DNA of 64,000 nt, taken from contig NC_058368.1 of NCBI RefSeq assembly GCF_018350175.1, positions 127,722,001 to 127,786,000 of the forward strand. Direction: 5' to 3'. This stretch comes from Felis catus (Eukaryota). This document shows, in pieces, positions 39,863-52,778 of the stretch. Made by a program: the position numbers and the translations under genes. The notes below the pieces were generated by a model. That model searched no databases, was not told the origin of the DNA, and saw only the letters and a program-made list of their open reading frames with translations. Positions within the stretch are counted from its first letter, which is position 1. Every line of letters begins with the position of its first letter.

Positions 39863-41422
39863 GTTGAAAGTACAGAAAAGAGAGGTGTAATTTTCTGTGG
39901 GTAAGAATTATTATTACCTTTTATTTACATAGGAGGGTACTGAGACTCTGAGAGGTAAGTGGTTTGTCCCAGATGAGGAAGTCAGTGAGTGGTCGAGCCC
40001 AGATTCACACTTGGACCTATTTAGCTCTAGACCAAATGTCTAAAGGAATTCTTAATCTTTAGGCTATTCTGCCAACAATTATATTAGCAACTCAAACGCA
40101 GAGAGAAGTTAGCATCACAGACTTCTCCTTCCTGTTTCCTGAAAGCTTTGTTCTTACCACTCACCCATTTTCTCTAGTGAATAATGTTTTTAGTTTATTA
40201 ATAAGGCAGAGTATGGCATTTAGGGAAGAGGACCTTCACTTATACATCCCAGGCTCCAATCCTTTTAGTCCTATTTGGGGCCACCTGGCCTCTGCCATAT
40301 GGCAAGCTTCTTTTCTTTTTTGATACCCATCTAAGGAGTCCCCCCTGCCTATCCCTTCCTGCCTGTGAAACGCTCTGCAGTCCCAGCCATTACTCAGTCA
40401 GCCCTGCTTTATCTGAGGAGCACAGCTGTCTCATGTGTGCAGCACCCACACAAAAAAATGGTCCAGCCCACATGAAATCTGAACTCTGACATTTTGTCAG
40501 GTGTTCTGATTACCCCATACCCCAAAGGAATGATGTTGCAGAATTCTAAGCATTACCATTTTATAATAGCCAAATACCTTAATTGTACAGTAAAAACAAA
40601 TGTGCAGTTAGAAGACCTAGAAGCACTTACGCTGTACCTTAGGGACTATTATGGTGGACTAAGGGAAGTAAGAAGATGAATGGCAAATGAGGAAATGCAG
40701 GGAGGGAAGGCAACTTGGAGCCAAACAATGCATTAATATGCTGACATATCCGTGGAAGAAACTTTTAAGCCTGTGCCCATGGGCATACCCCAGACAGACC
40801 CTGAAAATGTCCAGGGAACATACACCTTTCTCCCAAGGAACCTGGCTGTCCTCAGGGGAAACTAGAGAAGTGTTAATACAGTAGTGTATGTAAGATTAGA
40901 AAGAGCCATGTGTCCACTTTCTCATTTTAGCAGATTCCACATCTAAGCTATTTTTAAATCACTTTGGATAGATTTCACAAACTCCCTTTCATACTTTTTC
41001 CAGTTTCTAATACATTTTAGTTTCAGGAAATTCTTGCATTAGGATTATATTAGGTATATTTTCTGTTTGATAAACCTTGCAATTCCTTCTTTAATCAACG
41101 GAGATAAAGATACTCTTCAGTACAATTTGTAAGATAACTGTTCATGGACTTGAGGTATTTCTCCCTTCTCCCTGCCACCTTTCTTTTTCCTCCTACATAT
41201 CATTCATCCTCCTGTCTCTCCATCCCTTTCCTTTCTTTCTTTCCTATTTTCCTCCTTCCTTCCACCTTAACCTTCTTCTCTCCGCAGTCTTCTTTAAACC
41301 TAGATGTGTTTGACATAAAATCCCACAAAATGCAGACTACATAAAATATAATCACCCTAGATTATGAGGTTATTTTATTATTTAACATATGCACTCTGAT
41401 TTATTAAAATGTTAAAGTGCAA

Positions 41423-41783
41423 TTTGCAGTGACATGGATGTAGCTACAGAGTATTATGCTAAGTGAAATAAGTTATTCAGAGAAAGACAAATACCATATG
41501 ATTTCACTCATATGGGAATTTAAGAAGAAAAACAAATGAACAAAGGGGAAAAAGAGTGAGAGGGAGACAAACCAAGAAACAGACTCAACTACAGAGAACA
41601 AACTGATGGCTACCAGAAAGGAGGTGGGGGGGGTGGGTTAAATAGATGATGAGAATTAAGGAGTGCACCTGTCTTGATAAGCACTGGGTGATTTATGGCA
41701 GTGTTGAATCACTCTATTGTACATCTGAAGCAGTATTATACTGTATGGTAACTAACTGGAATCTAAAAAAAAAAAAAAACTTA
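41423..41783 (+). mobile_element. Carnivore LINE-1 3' end
   Basis: 'gtattatgctaagtgaaataag...agaaagacaaataccatatgatttcactc'; A-tail. Confidence 0.92.
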
Positions 41784-42000
41784 GGGGCACCTGGGTGGCT
41801 CGGTCGGTTAAGCGTCCAACTTCAGCTCAGGTCATGATCTCACGGTCCGTGAGTTCAAGCCCCACGTTGGGCTCTGTGCTGACAGCTCAGAGCCTGGAGC
41901 CTGTTTCAGAGTCTGTGTCTCCCTCTCTCTCTGCTCCTCCCCTGTTCATGCTCTGTCTCTCTCTGTCTCAAAAATAAATAAACGTTAAAAAAATTTTTTT
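41784..42000 (+). mobile_element. CAN-SINE inserted in an L1 A-tail
   Basis: SINE body; TSD aaactta. Confidence 0.95.
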
Positions 42001-42124
42001 AAACTTAAAAACAAACAAATAAAACCCTAGGTATCTCCTGAGGTGAAAATAGACATGGCATACATTTACTGAGCTGAAGCAAGAAGGGGATTGGGGCTCT
42101 AAGCATACTTTAAATAGATATTCA

Positions 42125-42445
42125 ATTGGTTCTTCTAGGTTTATCTCTACCTTCACACCTAATTTCAGAAATACTACCAATTCTTAAATGGTTGGGGTCT
42201 TCTGCAGGATAACTAAGCTGCTTCTCAGCTTTTGTTATCATATGTTTAGGAAGCCACTTTCTCAGATATAGGGTTAGGGTTAGTATTAGGGTATATACCT
42301 GATATTTTGGAGATAAGAGACTTCTCTAGAGAATAAAACTCCAGAATTCTGCTGTGGTTATGGTTATGGTTAGGGGTTAGGGTTAAAGGTTAGGATTATG
42401 GTTAGGATTAGGGGTTAGTGTATATGCCTGGTAGTCTATAGTAAA
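42125..42445. repeat. Ancient interspersed element with hairpins and degenerate (GGTTAG)n (MER121-like or Helitron-like; family uncertain)
   Basis: Two telomere-like tracts, each followed by gtatat(a/g)cctg, with two palindromes. Confidence 0.5.
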
Positions 42446-45400
42446 AAAAAAAAGTCATAGTGCAAAATGTTAAATTTAGACTATAATCAAATATATCAAT
42501 TGATTTAGAAGCAGTATAATTTTACTATTACTACTATGCCAGGTTTTTATGTGGCTTCTTTTGAAAGTGTATAGAAGTTTAGATAATTTTCTCCATTTTC
42601 TGTGTATTCAACACTGCATTACTGGAGCAGAATAAATGCCTGAAATGGCAGTTTGCCACCAACTCTTCCACCACTTTGACAAAAGTATATCAGAAGAGAG
42701 TATCACTTACTGCTGAGTAAAATATTAAAAGGTGAAATAATAACATTTAAATCAAGTGCTTTTCATGAAAAATCACTAAAAAAAACTACTAGAAAAATAT
42801 TGAAAACACTTTGGATCTGAGCCTAGCCTTTTATTATGGAGCTTGAATTACTGTTTGGCATTTCCACTATTTTTCCATAGAGGCCAAGCTTAAGAGTCAG
42901 GATCCAATGAAGACCTGGGATACTCTGTAATCCTAGGAAATTCCATTCCTGGACAGTGAGATCAAGATAGGAACATTTTCTATTCAGTTAAAATTGAGCA
43001 GGTAAAATCACCTTCCTGTTTCTCTTCCTAGTCTAGTATCTCTACATAACTTTTGCTCTCATTCTCCTATAATTTGCATACTATAGGCTATGATAGTGAC
43101 TTGGATAGAACTAAAAGGGAAGCATCTTCCATGTGGGAACCATGTCCAAAATCCTGATGCCAATAAAGTGCAGAGAAGGACAGGTGATCAAGTGGCAGTG
43201 AGCAGTGCTATAATAAATCATTCCCAGGCAATGGACAGACTCTTGGTCTGCTTTATTGAAAACAGATGCCCCTTTTATTCACTCCCACTTAAAGGAATGA
43301 CCCAAGATTGGTTTGGTGAGACTATCTGCTCATATGAGTTCTTTGTGGGTGATTGTGTAGCACCAATAGCCCTGAGCTGTCAGCAGAGAACAGCAGTTAG
43401 ACCACCAACCTAAATTACCGCAAAGTTCATAGCTGAGGTTCATGGCCTCACAAAATAGCCACCTCTCTTTTCAAGTGAAAATGATTAGGAATACCTCACA
43501 GATCTTAATACGTGGTCTTCTGACCAACCTGACCCATGTCTGAGCTGCCTTTCACACTGTATATGGTCTCAGAGTGGGGCATGAGGGGGCAGCATTCTAG
43601 TAAATAGGGCTCATTTTGGTCAATTTATCTATTTCTGTCACCTCTGCCATTCGAGCACTGAAGCTCAGATAAGCTGTCTCTTCCTCTAGTCTCAACTCAC
43701 AGGTAAGAAAAAGGCACCATCTTGGGTAAGCAATCTAACACTGACCATGGCAGAATATAATGAATTAGTTAAAATTAGAACTCATAGCCCACAACTTCTC
43801 ATATTTAGGAATTATTACAACAGTGACAAGAATTATCTTCTTGCTTCCCGGGAGCTAAAGGAGTTCATACCACTGTGCATTGGTAAACAAGGAATTAGAG
43901 AATAGCCAAACAATTATCAAGATTAATCTTATATAAGACTGAATGTTGGGCCAAGAGGTTTTCTGAGGTATCTTGCATTTCTAACATGTTATGCAACTGA
44001 ACACAGACATCTGTCTTCATCAACTTTATTTAAAGAAAATTACACAAACATGCAAGCCATGTGCATCTAGTTGTGGCTTCCTTAGCATTTGTCAGTCTAC
44101 TATAATGACGAGCTGATTTTGACCAATGTATTATCAGACCCAGACTTTCACTTGCCCCAAGTCACCTAATGTGAAAATGACTGATGGAAAGCATTCTCTA
44201 ATTGGTGAAATACCATGCACATATTAGGGGTTCTTGTATAAATTAGTGAGTTATCACAATACCTATTCTAATGGGTCCAAAACTCATTGCTACATTGAGT
44301 AAACTGGATTCTTTTCAGTTGTGTGTTACATTCTGGTATTTATTGTGGCTCATGGGGCAGTCTCTCCTCTTCAAACTATTATGTTTTACACATTTATAAT
44401 ACAAAAACTTTCCTGGTGTGTTCTTTCTCTCATATCCCTGTTGATATATAACTGAGTTTTGCCCTAGTTTTCAAACAGAAAAGTTTTGATTCTCAAACAA
44501 AATGCCAGACTCCTGGTAAGGCTTAGTAGATTCTATTTGTGGCTAATGAGATCGAGTTGGAAACCAAGAATTCCTAGAGGAGTGTCACATGCCAGCAAAC
44601 TCTGAAATTGGTTGTTATGTTATTACAAGTGGCTATTTTCGAGTAATCTTAAAGTTCCTTCTTCATAATACAATATAAATGCATTTCTCCCAGCAGTTTC
44701 CTACAGAGAACACTTTGTAGTCTTCAGAGTAACTTCCTGCTATTTCTTGGAAAGCAGGGCTCCGCAAGTTTCCCCTGCTCTCTTAACCTGCCATACCCTT
44801 CCTGATCCACACTTAAACAGGAAATGAATCCCTGCTTATGCAGCTTAGGAGTAGAAAGCTAGGAAAGCTCTTAAGGTCCAGATAACAGGCGCCAGTGCTG
44901 TAGGTCAAGAAGGACAAATGGGTCTCTCTGGCCCTGTAAGTGAGAGTTACTAGTGCTGTGGGTATTACTTACATCCTGACAATCAAGAGAAAACCGAAAA
45001 TTGTAGAATATGCACTCTTGCTGCTGAAAGTTTATGAATTCTTGAAATGTGAAATACAGATACTGATAAAACAGTATTTTAATCTTTCAAAGTCATAAGG
45101 AAGCTTCTTTTGGCAACTGATTTTCAAGGATATGGTTGACTCCTAGGAGTAAATCTAAAGGTAATCAAGGTGGTAATTTGTACTATTTAGTATGCTAGTA
45201 CTCTCCCAGAGAGATGCATAAAATATACCTCAAATGTGACTAGTGAGTGTAGTTAATAATGCTACAAAGCATTGTGAGTGAAGCTGCTTTATATATAAGT
45301 TGTTATTCAGTACTAAAAATAATCCCTACTCTTAAGATGTTCTACCAGGTTTTCCCTATGGATACTGTTATATTCCTGGGATCATATTGTGGCCTGAGTT

Positions 45401-46257
45401 ATGCTGAATTTACATAACAATATGCTGAAGATTGAGTAATGCTGTATACAAATTCTATATATGGAGAAACTAAAGCATAGATGAATTATATTATTTTCTT
45501 CACACTGCAGAAATCTAGTAGGAAATTGTATGTTCTTCTCTGGGGAATTACAGAGGAAGGAGTTGCTTGTGTATTGTGCAATTCTAATTTTGTAATGGCT
45601 GGTTGTTCGTATATATTGAACTACGGAAGAAGGAATAAGAAATATGAAATGAATAAAATAATTTCATTTGGAGTATTGTGCTAAAAGATCATCATTAACA
45701 AATGAGCACTGAGCCCCCAGTAGCAACAGCTCTCCACTGAAGCCTGTAGTTGATGAAGTCACTAACCCATGCTTTTATCTTTTAAGACCTTAAAATTTAC
45801 TTGGGGAGGCAAGACACACAAATACAAAAGATTCACACAAGGAAGTAGATCATCAGCTGCTAATAAATGGGACAGCTCAGTGTAAAGGAAAGAACACTGA
45901 GTTGGGAATCATTATACAGATTCCAATCCTGATTAGCCATGAACTACCTTAGTGACCTTGAGCATGTCGTGATTACCCTGGCCTCAATTTTCTCACCTAG
46001 CTATAGGTTACATTTATTGTTTACTGTGCATGCCAACCATCCTACACATATTTTCTCATTTCATCCTCAAAGACACCCTATGAGGTAGGTAGTATTATTT
46101 TATTATTGGTCCCAACTTTAATGATAAAGAAACAGAAGCAAAACAAGGTTAAGTAACTTGTCCAGGATTATACTGTTTGTATGTGGCAGAGGATTCAAAC
46201 TTATATCCTCAGACAGAAGAAGGTTGGAGCAGCATAAAAATGATGCATGTGTATTAA

Positions 46258-46261
<4 letters not shown>

Positions 46262-46330
<69 letters not shown>
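46262..46330. repeat. Compound microsatellite (GT)n(GA)n
   Basis: Seen directly. Confidence 0.97.
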
Positions 46331-46333
<3 letters not shown>

Positions 46334-48899
46334 TACAAATGTCTGAGAGACTTTGGGTTGTATTACATGATATGTGATATCGTACATGATACAGGAATTG
46401 CCAACTATTTGGACAAGCTATGAGACATGATAAGGTGCTATTTGTATCACATGCCAGTAGGGAGCCGATTCCATGAGGCTGTCTCCATAACCACCTGGGC
46501 TTGATTCTCTGGTTCAATTCTTTACAATATGTTTAGGTGGAGCACACATGAGTTACTTTCAACATTAAGAAACAACTTTCCTGTAGAAGGTCATTTGCTA
46601 TATTTTATATTTGAGATGACATGAATTACCCATGCACTAAATCTAGCACACTTGTTTCTGTAAAGACCTAAGTTACAGGAATTTTTATGTTACCTGGTAA
46701 TTATTCCTCATCTATTGCAGGCATAGCATAAGACAACACTGCTTTTTGTTTTCTTGTTTTATATTACCTTAAGGTGAAATGTAAAGATATCTCAACTTAA
46801 ATCCATTTCATTGTGATAGTACAAAAGTTACATGTTTATATGTGACTCATAGGCACTCAAACCTGTTTTTATTTGTACTGGCTACTTCAAATATCATAGT
46901 TACAGCTACTTTGGCTAAGATTTTTTAAATGATCTAAGGAGAGTACAGGACTGGGCTAATGGTATCTACCCTAAATATTATTTGTATTGAGAAATCTTGA
47001 AATTTTTGGTGCTTTATTCATGACTCATTTTAAGCTAATACATCTCTGTTTTGTTTTGGTTTTTTTGTCCTTCAGATCTCAAAGTAGCTTCAGATAAAAG
47101 CCACATATCTTTGAACTAAGGCCACCAACTGACTACGCACCAAGGTGTATAATTCAATATCCTCAGCCCTTTAGCTAGGTAGTCAGTTCTGTTTTGGAAG
47201 GATGGAAGATAAAATATAAGTGAGATCTTCCAACTGCTATAATTATATATGGTTATATAAACTCATTAAGAAAATTTATAGTTTATAAATGATTTAATTT
47301 ATTTTTTAATTCTGTCCTTGGTCAGTATTAATAATTGTTATGAAATGGATGTTAGATTTTTGTGGACCAGATGTGGATATCTTACGTATCTTATGCCTCT
47401 GACACACAGATACTTCATTTCTGTTGATTGAATAAATGAATGAATGAATGCATAAATAGGTAGATAAATATCTAACCATGAAAAAGGGCATGCTATTTGA
47501 ATAGAGAAGCCAGGCTCAGCCTATCACTCAGCATGATCTAGGCTGCCTTCTGTTTTAACTGTTTGAGTCTAGACAATGAGGCGGATAAATCCTTCCCTAT
47601 CAAGGCTCACATTTAGTTACGGTTTATTCTGTCATTACCTTTTGGCTTTCCTATAAATTGGTTTTATTTAATTATTGATATATTTTTTTATTTCTTTACT
47701 TCATTTCTGAGTAAAATTAGGTAATTTTAAAATATTGTACTAGTTATTACTTAAGAAACAATAGTTAATCCAGTTTTAATAAAGCATTATCAAATTTGGC
47801 TTAAAATACTTAAACCAACGGCATAAACTGGGTAGTACAGCGGAAAAGCACTTTCAAAGGAATCATTGACATTTGTCATCAACAGCAACATTTTTTAAGT
47901 CCATGCTATGTGCCAGGCCTGACTAAGTTCTTTACAAATATTAACTTAATTCTCATCACAAACCAAGGTGAGGAAAATAATGTTAGGCTCTTTATATTTT
48001 CATGAAGCCTTATCCTTAGTAACAGCTATTGTTAGTAGACATAAGAAAAAAATAACTAGGGAATAATCCTTTGGCATTATAAAAAGTAAATTTTTCATGC
48101 ATTCAGATAAATTTAAATTATCATTTTATAGCCAATATCAATAAAATGCTTTCTACCAAACACAATGTAATTCAGAGTGGCTTGGACAATGACCTTTTAT
48201 CTTTCCAAGCATGGAGAGTTAAAAATCTAGAACACAAGTACCATCTCCTGTTGCCACTATTTCAAAACATAAAGGCCATTTTAAACCAAAAATGTTGGAA
48301 GGATATAAGCTTATAATAAAGGTCATTCCCTTTAATTGAATAAATTGCTGAAAGAGTCATGATGTCTAATTTCTGATTTTAGATCTGGCTAATGAAAATT
48401 TCCCCAATGACTGGTATAAGTCTTTATACTGGCACTTGGAAATCAAACCTCAGGCCATGGCAGCCACATTTATGAATAAAACTTTCTGAAAGCATATGTA
48501 ACATAGATTCAGCAGGCCTCCATTTTTTCCCTATCTTTATCGTGAGGCCATATTCAGCAGCTTACTGCATCTTTTCAAAAAACAAATCTAGCACTAAAAT
48601 TCATTGGGTTATCATTTTCTCAAGAGATTAAAAGAATATAAAGAAATCATTTTATCTCACATACCACACAGAAAAGCTTCATACAGATCCCCTTTAAATA
48701 TCTTTATTCTTCCCTCAGAGTCCATCTCTGAATGCCAGATTCCTCACCCTTCCTCTCTCTGTGCCACTTTATACCCAAAGCCCACAAAATCCTTACAGCC
48801 TCCACCCCCACATCACCACTTCTTCCCCTAAATATTTGTAACCCACTCATTGAAACCCTAACCTGGCATTAGTTAAACCTATCCCCACCTGCCCAAAGC

Positions 48900-49100
48900 A
48901 GACTGTATTATCCAAAGATGAATATGTAGATGTTATGACTGATATTCCTCTCACTGAAAGGTGCAGTCTATGTTCTGTCCCTTTAAATCTTTGAAGAAGC
49001 TTGTGACTAACCTAACCAATGAAGTATAGCCAAAGTGACACTCTGTAATTTCCAAAGTTAGATCATAACAAAGACACTGCTTCTAACAGGTACGTGCGTG

Positions 49101-49149
<49 letters not shown>

Positions 49150-49468
49150 CCTCCCTCCCTCCCTTTCTCCCTCTCACTTTTTCTTTCTCAGTCTCTGTTT
49201 CTCTCTTTCTCTTTTTCTGCTTGCTCTTGGATCCCAGCCACTATTCTGTGAAGAAGCTCAAAGAAGGCCTTAGGAAAAGAATGTTTAGGGGTGTCTGAGT
49301 GGCTCAGTCTGTTAAGCGTCCTACTTCAGCTCAGGTCATGATCTCAGGGTTTTTGAGTTCTAGCCCTGCATCCAGCTCTGGGCTGTCAGCTCAGAGCTGG
49401 AGGTCAGCTCAGAGCTGGAGCCTGCTTTGTATTCTGTGTTTCCTTCTCTCTCTGTTCCTTCCTCACTT

Positions 49469-49521
<53 letters not shown>

Positions 49522-49811
49522 AATAAAGATTAAAAGAATTTTTTTAAGGGAAAGGAATGCTTAGACAAGAACTGCATAGTCTGTATCAACATCACACATG
49601 CGAGTTAGTGGTCTTTCAGATTCTCCAGTCACCAACCCTGACAGTCTGGAGCTGAGGCCTTAGCCATTGTAGAGAAGAGACTAATCATTTAAACTCTACC
49701 TGGTTCAATTTCCTGACTCACATAAATCATGAGAGATAATAAAATATCATTGTTGCTCTGAGTCACTAAGTTGTGGGGTGTTTTGGTATGCAGATGTAGG
49801 TAATTAATATA
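48900..49811 (+). mobile_element. MaLR solo LTR (MLT1G/H-like) split by a SINE
   Basis: 'ttgtgactaacctaaccaatgaagtatagccaaagtgacact'; 3' part 'ttcctgactcacataaatcatgagagataataaa...cactaagttgtggggtg'. Confidence 0.8.
49288..49546 (+). mobile_element. CAN-SINE with internal tandem duplication
   Basis: TSD ggaaa(a/g)gaatg(t/c)tta; 'gtcagctcagagctggag' present twice. Confidence 0.95.
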
Positions 49812-50338
49812 TCCCCTTAGAAAGGAGTTCCCTGGCCATTTATTGTTACTTGTAACTTCTCCTGGGAAAGGTTAAGGAGGGTGGTGGTTAATGTTTCACC
49901 ATCTTCTTTGTTAAGCTTCTTTTCAAAATATTCACCAAATAAGCACTGGTCTCATACAATCATAGGCAGTATTTCCTCTAGCTACTTTGATACAAATGTT
50001 TTTAAGTCTTTAAAAAAAAAGTCTTTATATTCTCGTGTTTGTATCAGAAACATGGGATTTCAAATTATGTCTTATTTACATAGAAGAAAAACACTGCAAG
50101 TGTAAATTATATTTTGATAATTAAACGCATCAAAATATTTATATTCTGTAAAATTTTGAAACCATAAAAATGAAGCAGACTATCATTTTAAGTATAATGC
50201 ATATTTTTCATAAGAAAAGGAATAATAACCTTGATAGAGCCAACTTATTCATTAACATTCACTTAATGAAACTGGAAAAGAAACTTAACATTTATTTGAT
50301 CATAAAAGCAACCCTTAATATTGCAGGATGTATTTTTC

Positions 50339-50560
50339 TTAAAAAAATTTTTTTTTTCAACGTTTATTTATTTTTGGGACAGAGAGAGACAGAGCATGAA
50401 TGGGGGAGGGGCAGAAAGAGAGGGAGACACAGAATCGGAAACAGGCTCCAGGCTCTGAGCCATCAGCCCAGAGCCCGACGCGGGGCTCGAACTCACGGAG
50501 CGCGAGATCGTGACCTGGATGAAGTCGGACGCTTAACCGACTGCGCCACCCAGGCGCCCC
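50339..50560 (-). mobile_element. Very young CAN-SINE (SINEC_Fc-type)
   Basis: CpG-rich; perfect TSD aggatgtatttttc (50325-50338 and 50561-50574). Confidence 0.97.
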
Positions 50561-51658
50561 AGGATGTATTTTTCAATAAGCTTGGAAATCTGCATTTACT
50601 AACACAATATCACAGTTCTCAATCTATTCTTGGCAAGATATTACAATGGCTGAGCAGGACCAGTGCTTATCAAATTATTTATATTGCTCTCAAATAAACT
50701 ATAAGGAATATTATGAACATTTTTAATATTCTATAATATGTATTTTTCATTGATAACTACAAAGGCAGCAATAGTTTCCCACTTGCTCTACTTGCACAAT
50801 TTAAACTACACATTTTAGAGTCGGGAAAGAACTAGTAACAAGGTTCAGGGAAAGGAAGAGTCATTCAAAAGTCACACTAAATCTGGACCTCACTAAAGCC
50901 TCATTTTCTTAGAAAGTTTTTATAGTCCTTATTTAAAGAAGGAGAGGATTAGCAGGACTGTTGCTCCTATCTATAGGAGAGGAGTAGATGAGGACTACCT
51001 ATTAGATAGATGGGCATATAGATTGGCATTTATAAAAAGGACACCTTCCCCAAAATTATTTTAGCATGGGAAGGCAATATCCTGGTTCTGGATTACCAAA
51101 CAAATACTTTGGCAGTTATTTCAGCAGTGTTCAGCATGAAGGAATGTGGTCGGTTGGGAGAGTCAGATGCAAGGTAGGAGAGAAAAAGCAGGAAACACTA
51201 AAAAGTCAGAGATGGTTGTTATTATTAGAAATGGCAGATCTAAAGATATTTTAGCCCAAACTGTGGCACTGGCATAATGGATAAGAATTCCTTCTTATTC
51301 CCAAAGACCCAGCTGCAAAATGGATTTTATTAGAATACCAGATAAGAGATCATTGAAGGTTGAGAAGAATGACATATAATGTGCCCCCAAGCCCTTTTCT
51401 TCTTGGTTCTCACAGTGATGTTTAGTGAATATTTAGTGAATTTAGTGAATATTAAGTCAATTCATGTATGTGAATGATATGCAGGACAATACCTGGTTAA
51501 TGGTGCACTGAAATATTTGCTTACTCTAGACCTCCTATCGAAAGTACATAACAGATATCTGGCATTCATAACATGTAGTTATACTAATCCCTTAAGAATA
51601 TATTGTTTGACTCAGTAAGTCTTCTGTTAGAAATATATCCAAAGTACCCTACAGATTC

Positions 51659-51824
51659 GGGGCGACTGGGTGGCTCAGTCGATTAGGCATCTGACATGGG
51701 CTCAGGTCATGATTTTGCAGTTTTTGAGTGGAGCTTCACATCGGGCTTTGTGCTGACAACTCAGAGCCTGGAGCCTGCTTCAGATTCTGTATCTCCCTCT
51801 CTCTCTGCCCTTCCCCTACTCGTG

Positions 51825-51855
<31 letters not shown>

Positions 51856-51885
51856 AAAAATAAGTAAACATTAAACATTTTTCAA
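51659..51885 (+). mobile_element. CAN-SINE
   Basis: SINE body; TSD cctacaga(t/a)tc. Confidence 0.95.
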
Positions 51886-51932
51886 AATAACCTACAGAAT
51901 CAACTCAATCCCTCTAAAACACCAATAGCTCT

Positions 51933-52147
51933 TAAAAAATTTTTTTTAATGTTTTCTATTTAGTTTTGAGAGACAGAGACAGAGTATGAGTAGGAGAGGG
52001 GAGAGAGAGAGGGAGGTAGAATCCACAAAGCAGGCTCCAGGCTCCGAGCTGTCAACACAGAGCCCAATGTGAGGTTCAGACCTGTGAACCATGAGACATT
52101 GACCTGAGCCCAAGTCAGACACTTAACTGACTGGCCCATCCAGGTCA
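51933..52147 (-). mobile_element. CAN-SINE
   Basis: Reverse SINE body, tail-to-tail with the previous SINE. Confidence 0.95.
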
Positions 52148-52778
52148 GTACCCACAAATAATAGTACTTTTCATAAAACTATAACAAATAATACTAACAT
52201 TTGCATGGAACACAAAAGACTGAATAGCCAAAGAAATCTTGAAAAAGAAGAAAAAAGCTGGAGGATCACAATCCCAGTTTTCAAGATATACTACAAAGCT
52301 GTAGTAATGAAAATAGTATGAGAGTGGAACAAAAATAGACACATACATCAAGAGAACAGAATAGAGACCACAGAAATAAACTGATGATTATATCCTCAAT
52401 CTATGACAAAGAAGGCAAGATTATACAGTGGGGAAAAGACAGTCTTTGTAATAAATGGTACTGGTAAAACTGGACAGATACATGTAAAAGAATAAAACTG
52501 TACCATCTTTTAACACCATACACAAAAATAAACTCAAAATGGATTAAAGACCTAAATGTGAGTCCTGAAACCATAAAACTTCTAGAAGAGAACACAGGCA
52601 AAAATTTTTGACATTGGCAGTATTAACATTTTTCTAGACATGTCTCCTAAGGCCAGGGAAGCAAAAGCAAAAATAAACTATTGGGACTATATCAAAATAA
52701 AAAGCCTTTTGCACAGCAAAGGAAACCATCAACAAAACAAATAGGCAATCTGTTGAATGGGAGAAGATATTTTCAAAT

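Larger units (their letters stand above)
51645..52778 (+). mobile_element. LINE-1 ORF2 fragment split by two SINEs
   Basis: 'atggaacacaaaagactgaatagccaaagaaatcttgaaaaagaag', 'aactcaaaatggattaaagacctaaatgtgag'. Confidence 0.92.

Noticed and set aside
42269..42420. True telomere or chromosome-fusion scar
   Set aside because: The tracts are short, degenerate and all in one orientation; there is no head-to-head TTAGGG/CCCTAA junction and no subtelomeric context.
44903..44941. Collagen-like GQEGQMGLSGP followed by gtaagt
   Set aside because: Only 3-4 Gly-X-Y triplets, a poor polypyrimidine tract, a length and phase that do not fit collagen exons, and no other collagen exons in the window.
47050..47180. 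Strong plus-strand splice acceptor at 47075/47076
   Set aside because: Stops occur in all three frames shortly downstream and the donor is weak; at most a non-coding exon, unsupported without RNA data.
50170..50697. Longest ORF (175 aa)
   Set aside because: It reads through an antisense CAN-SINE (the 'GRHRIGNRLQALSHQPRARRG' peptide recurs at 53005 and in similar form at 6246), so it is a repeat artefact.
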